DNA of 34,211 nt from the NCBI GenBank assembly GCA_027619655.1, contig JAQCHR010000002.1, positions 1 through 34,211 on the forward strand, given 5' to 3'. The DNA comes from Pseudomonadota bacterium. GTDB lineage: Bacteria > Pseudomonadota > Alphaproteobacteria > UBA8366 > GCA-2717185. The notes under the pieces were generated by a model. It made no database searches and had not been told where the DNA came from. It worked only from the letters and a program-made list of their open reading frames with translations. Of this stretch, positions 33,654 to 34,211 are shown piece after piece (the first letter of the stretch is position 1; every line of letters begins with the position of its first letter). The position numbers were made by a program, and so were the translations under genes.

Positions 33654-34211
33654 TCAGACCGAACGCAGGTTAGGCCCGGACCCGTCACTTTTATCCTGGC
33701 TGTCCTCAGCCTGGAACTCGCCGTCGTCGCCCGGTTGATCCGAAACCGTGGGAAGCATGCTCTCGGCTTCGCGCTTCAGGCGCATGTAGGAGCGAACGGA
33801 GAACGGAAATGTCGAGAGATAAACCACAGCCACCCCGGTCAGAACGATCCAGGGAAACGCGGCAAGCCCGGCCAGGGTCAACCCGACGGTAACGAGGAAT
33901 GGCAGGACATAGCGCTGCGGCACCCGGATCCGTTTGAACGAATAGGACGGCATCCGGCTGACCATCAGCGCCGCCATGATCGCTACCCAGGTTCCTGTTA
34001 CAACCGGATGCATGGTCCATGCCGCATCGAAGCCAAGCGCGATGACAAGCGGCAGCAATGACATCAGTGCCCCCGCGGGCGCCGGGACGCCGGTAAAATA
34101 GTTGAATGCATAGGGCGGCATCTTGTCATGCATGCTGTTGAAGCGGGCAAGCCGCAGGGCGCAACACACGATGAAGAAAAGGACAATAGCCCAGCCGACC
34201 CCCCCCGCGCT
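33654..34211 (-). CDS. pssA: CDP-diacylglycerol--serine O-phosphatidyltransferase, C-terminal part (5' end beyond the right edge)
   Basis: The frame is open to the window edge. CCALRLARFNSMHDKMPPYAFNYFTGVPAPAGALMSLLPL, followed by several hydrophobic spans, matches the C-terminal half of alphaproteobacterial PssA (CDP-alcohol phosphatidyltransferase family). Confidence 0.7.
   Translation of the reverse strand, partial: SAGGVGWAIVLFFIVCCALRLARFNSMHDKMPPYAFNYFTGVPAPAGALMSLLPLVIALGFDAAWTMHPVVTGTWVAIMAALMVSRMPSYSFKRIRVPQRYVLPFLVTVGLTLAGLAAFPWIVLTGVAVVYLSTFPFSVRSYMRLKREAESMLPTVSDQPGDDGEFQAEDSQDKSDGSGPNLRSV

Noticed and set aside
33654-34211. pssA (CDP-alcohol phosphatidyltransferase family) as the missing acceptor transferase that would make a phosphonolipid from the CMP-phosphonate.
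   Set aside because: The visible part matches ordinary housekeeping PssA. It is separated from the pepM operon by a CoA-transferase gene, a broken receiver gene and a 0.6-kb spacer, and it is only partially in the window. The idea is worth remembering but is not supportable.
1-34211. A scan for tRNA/rRNA genes, CRISPR repeat-spacer arrays, IS elements, integrases, toxin-antitoxin pairs or known defence genes.
   Set aside because: Intergenic regions are short (mostly under 220 nt) and none shows cloverleaf-like or regularly spaced repeat structure. No ORF has transposase, integrase, nuclease or defence-type motifs that I can recognise.

Overview
This is a densely coding, high-GC chromosomal segment that looks alphaproteobacterial. 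I call 33 protein-coding loci (two disrupted, one a speculative small ORF), one strong hairpin and two divergent promoter regions. I see no rRNA, tRNA, CRISPR array, transposase or integrase.

Positions 1-18.5 kb are mostly core metabolism:
- partial hisZ, an FG-GAP lipoprotein, and serC-serA
- a convergent pair of paralogous TrkA-C-containing SLC13/DASS-type permeases, the second broken by one in-frame TAG
- a DmlA/TtuC-type dehydrogenase with an EamA permease
- DUF3126, Sua5/TsaC, an FAD-linked 2-hydroxyacid oxidase and a long acyl-CoA dehydrogenase
- folP-folK with divergent folB, and two uncharacterised envelope proteins

Positions 18.5-33 kb look accessory:
- a DHDPS-family enzyme and an orphan TRAP solute-binding protein
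- a tightly packed 7-gene operon: class-II lyase, HIBADH-like reductase, Rieske oxygenase alpha+beta, MaoC hydratase, acyl-CoA dehydrogenase, family-III CoA-transferase
- convergent to that operon, the most interesting element of the window: a 3-gene phosphonate operon. It encodes a PEP mutase fused to a C-terminal nucleotidyltransferase, a phosphonopyruvate decarboxylase, and an alpha/beta-fold protein whose Ser and His triad positions are substituted. No transaminase, alcohol dehydrogenase or acceptor transferase is nearby.

After the phosphonate operon come a second family-III CoA-transferase, a CheY-like receiver gene frameshifted in a C5/G5 run, a ~0.6-kb AT-rich non-coding stretch with a possible 35-codon membrane peptide, and partial pssA.

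All functional calls come from motif recognition by eye. None has been checked against a database.
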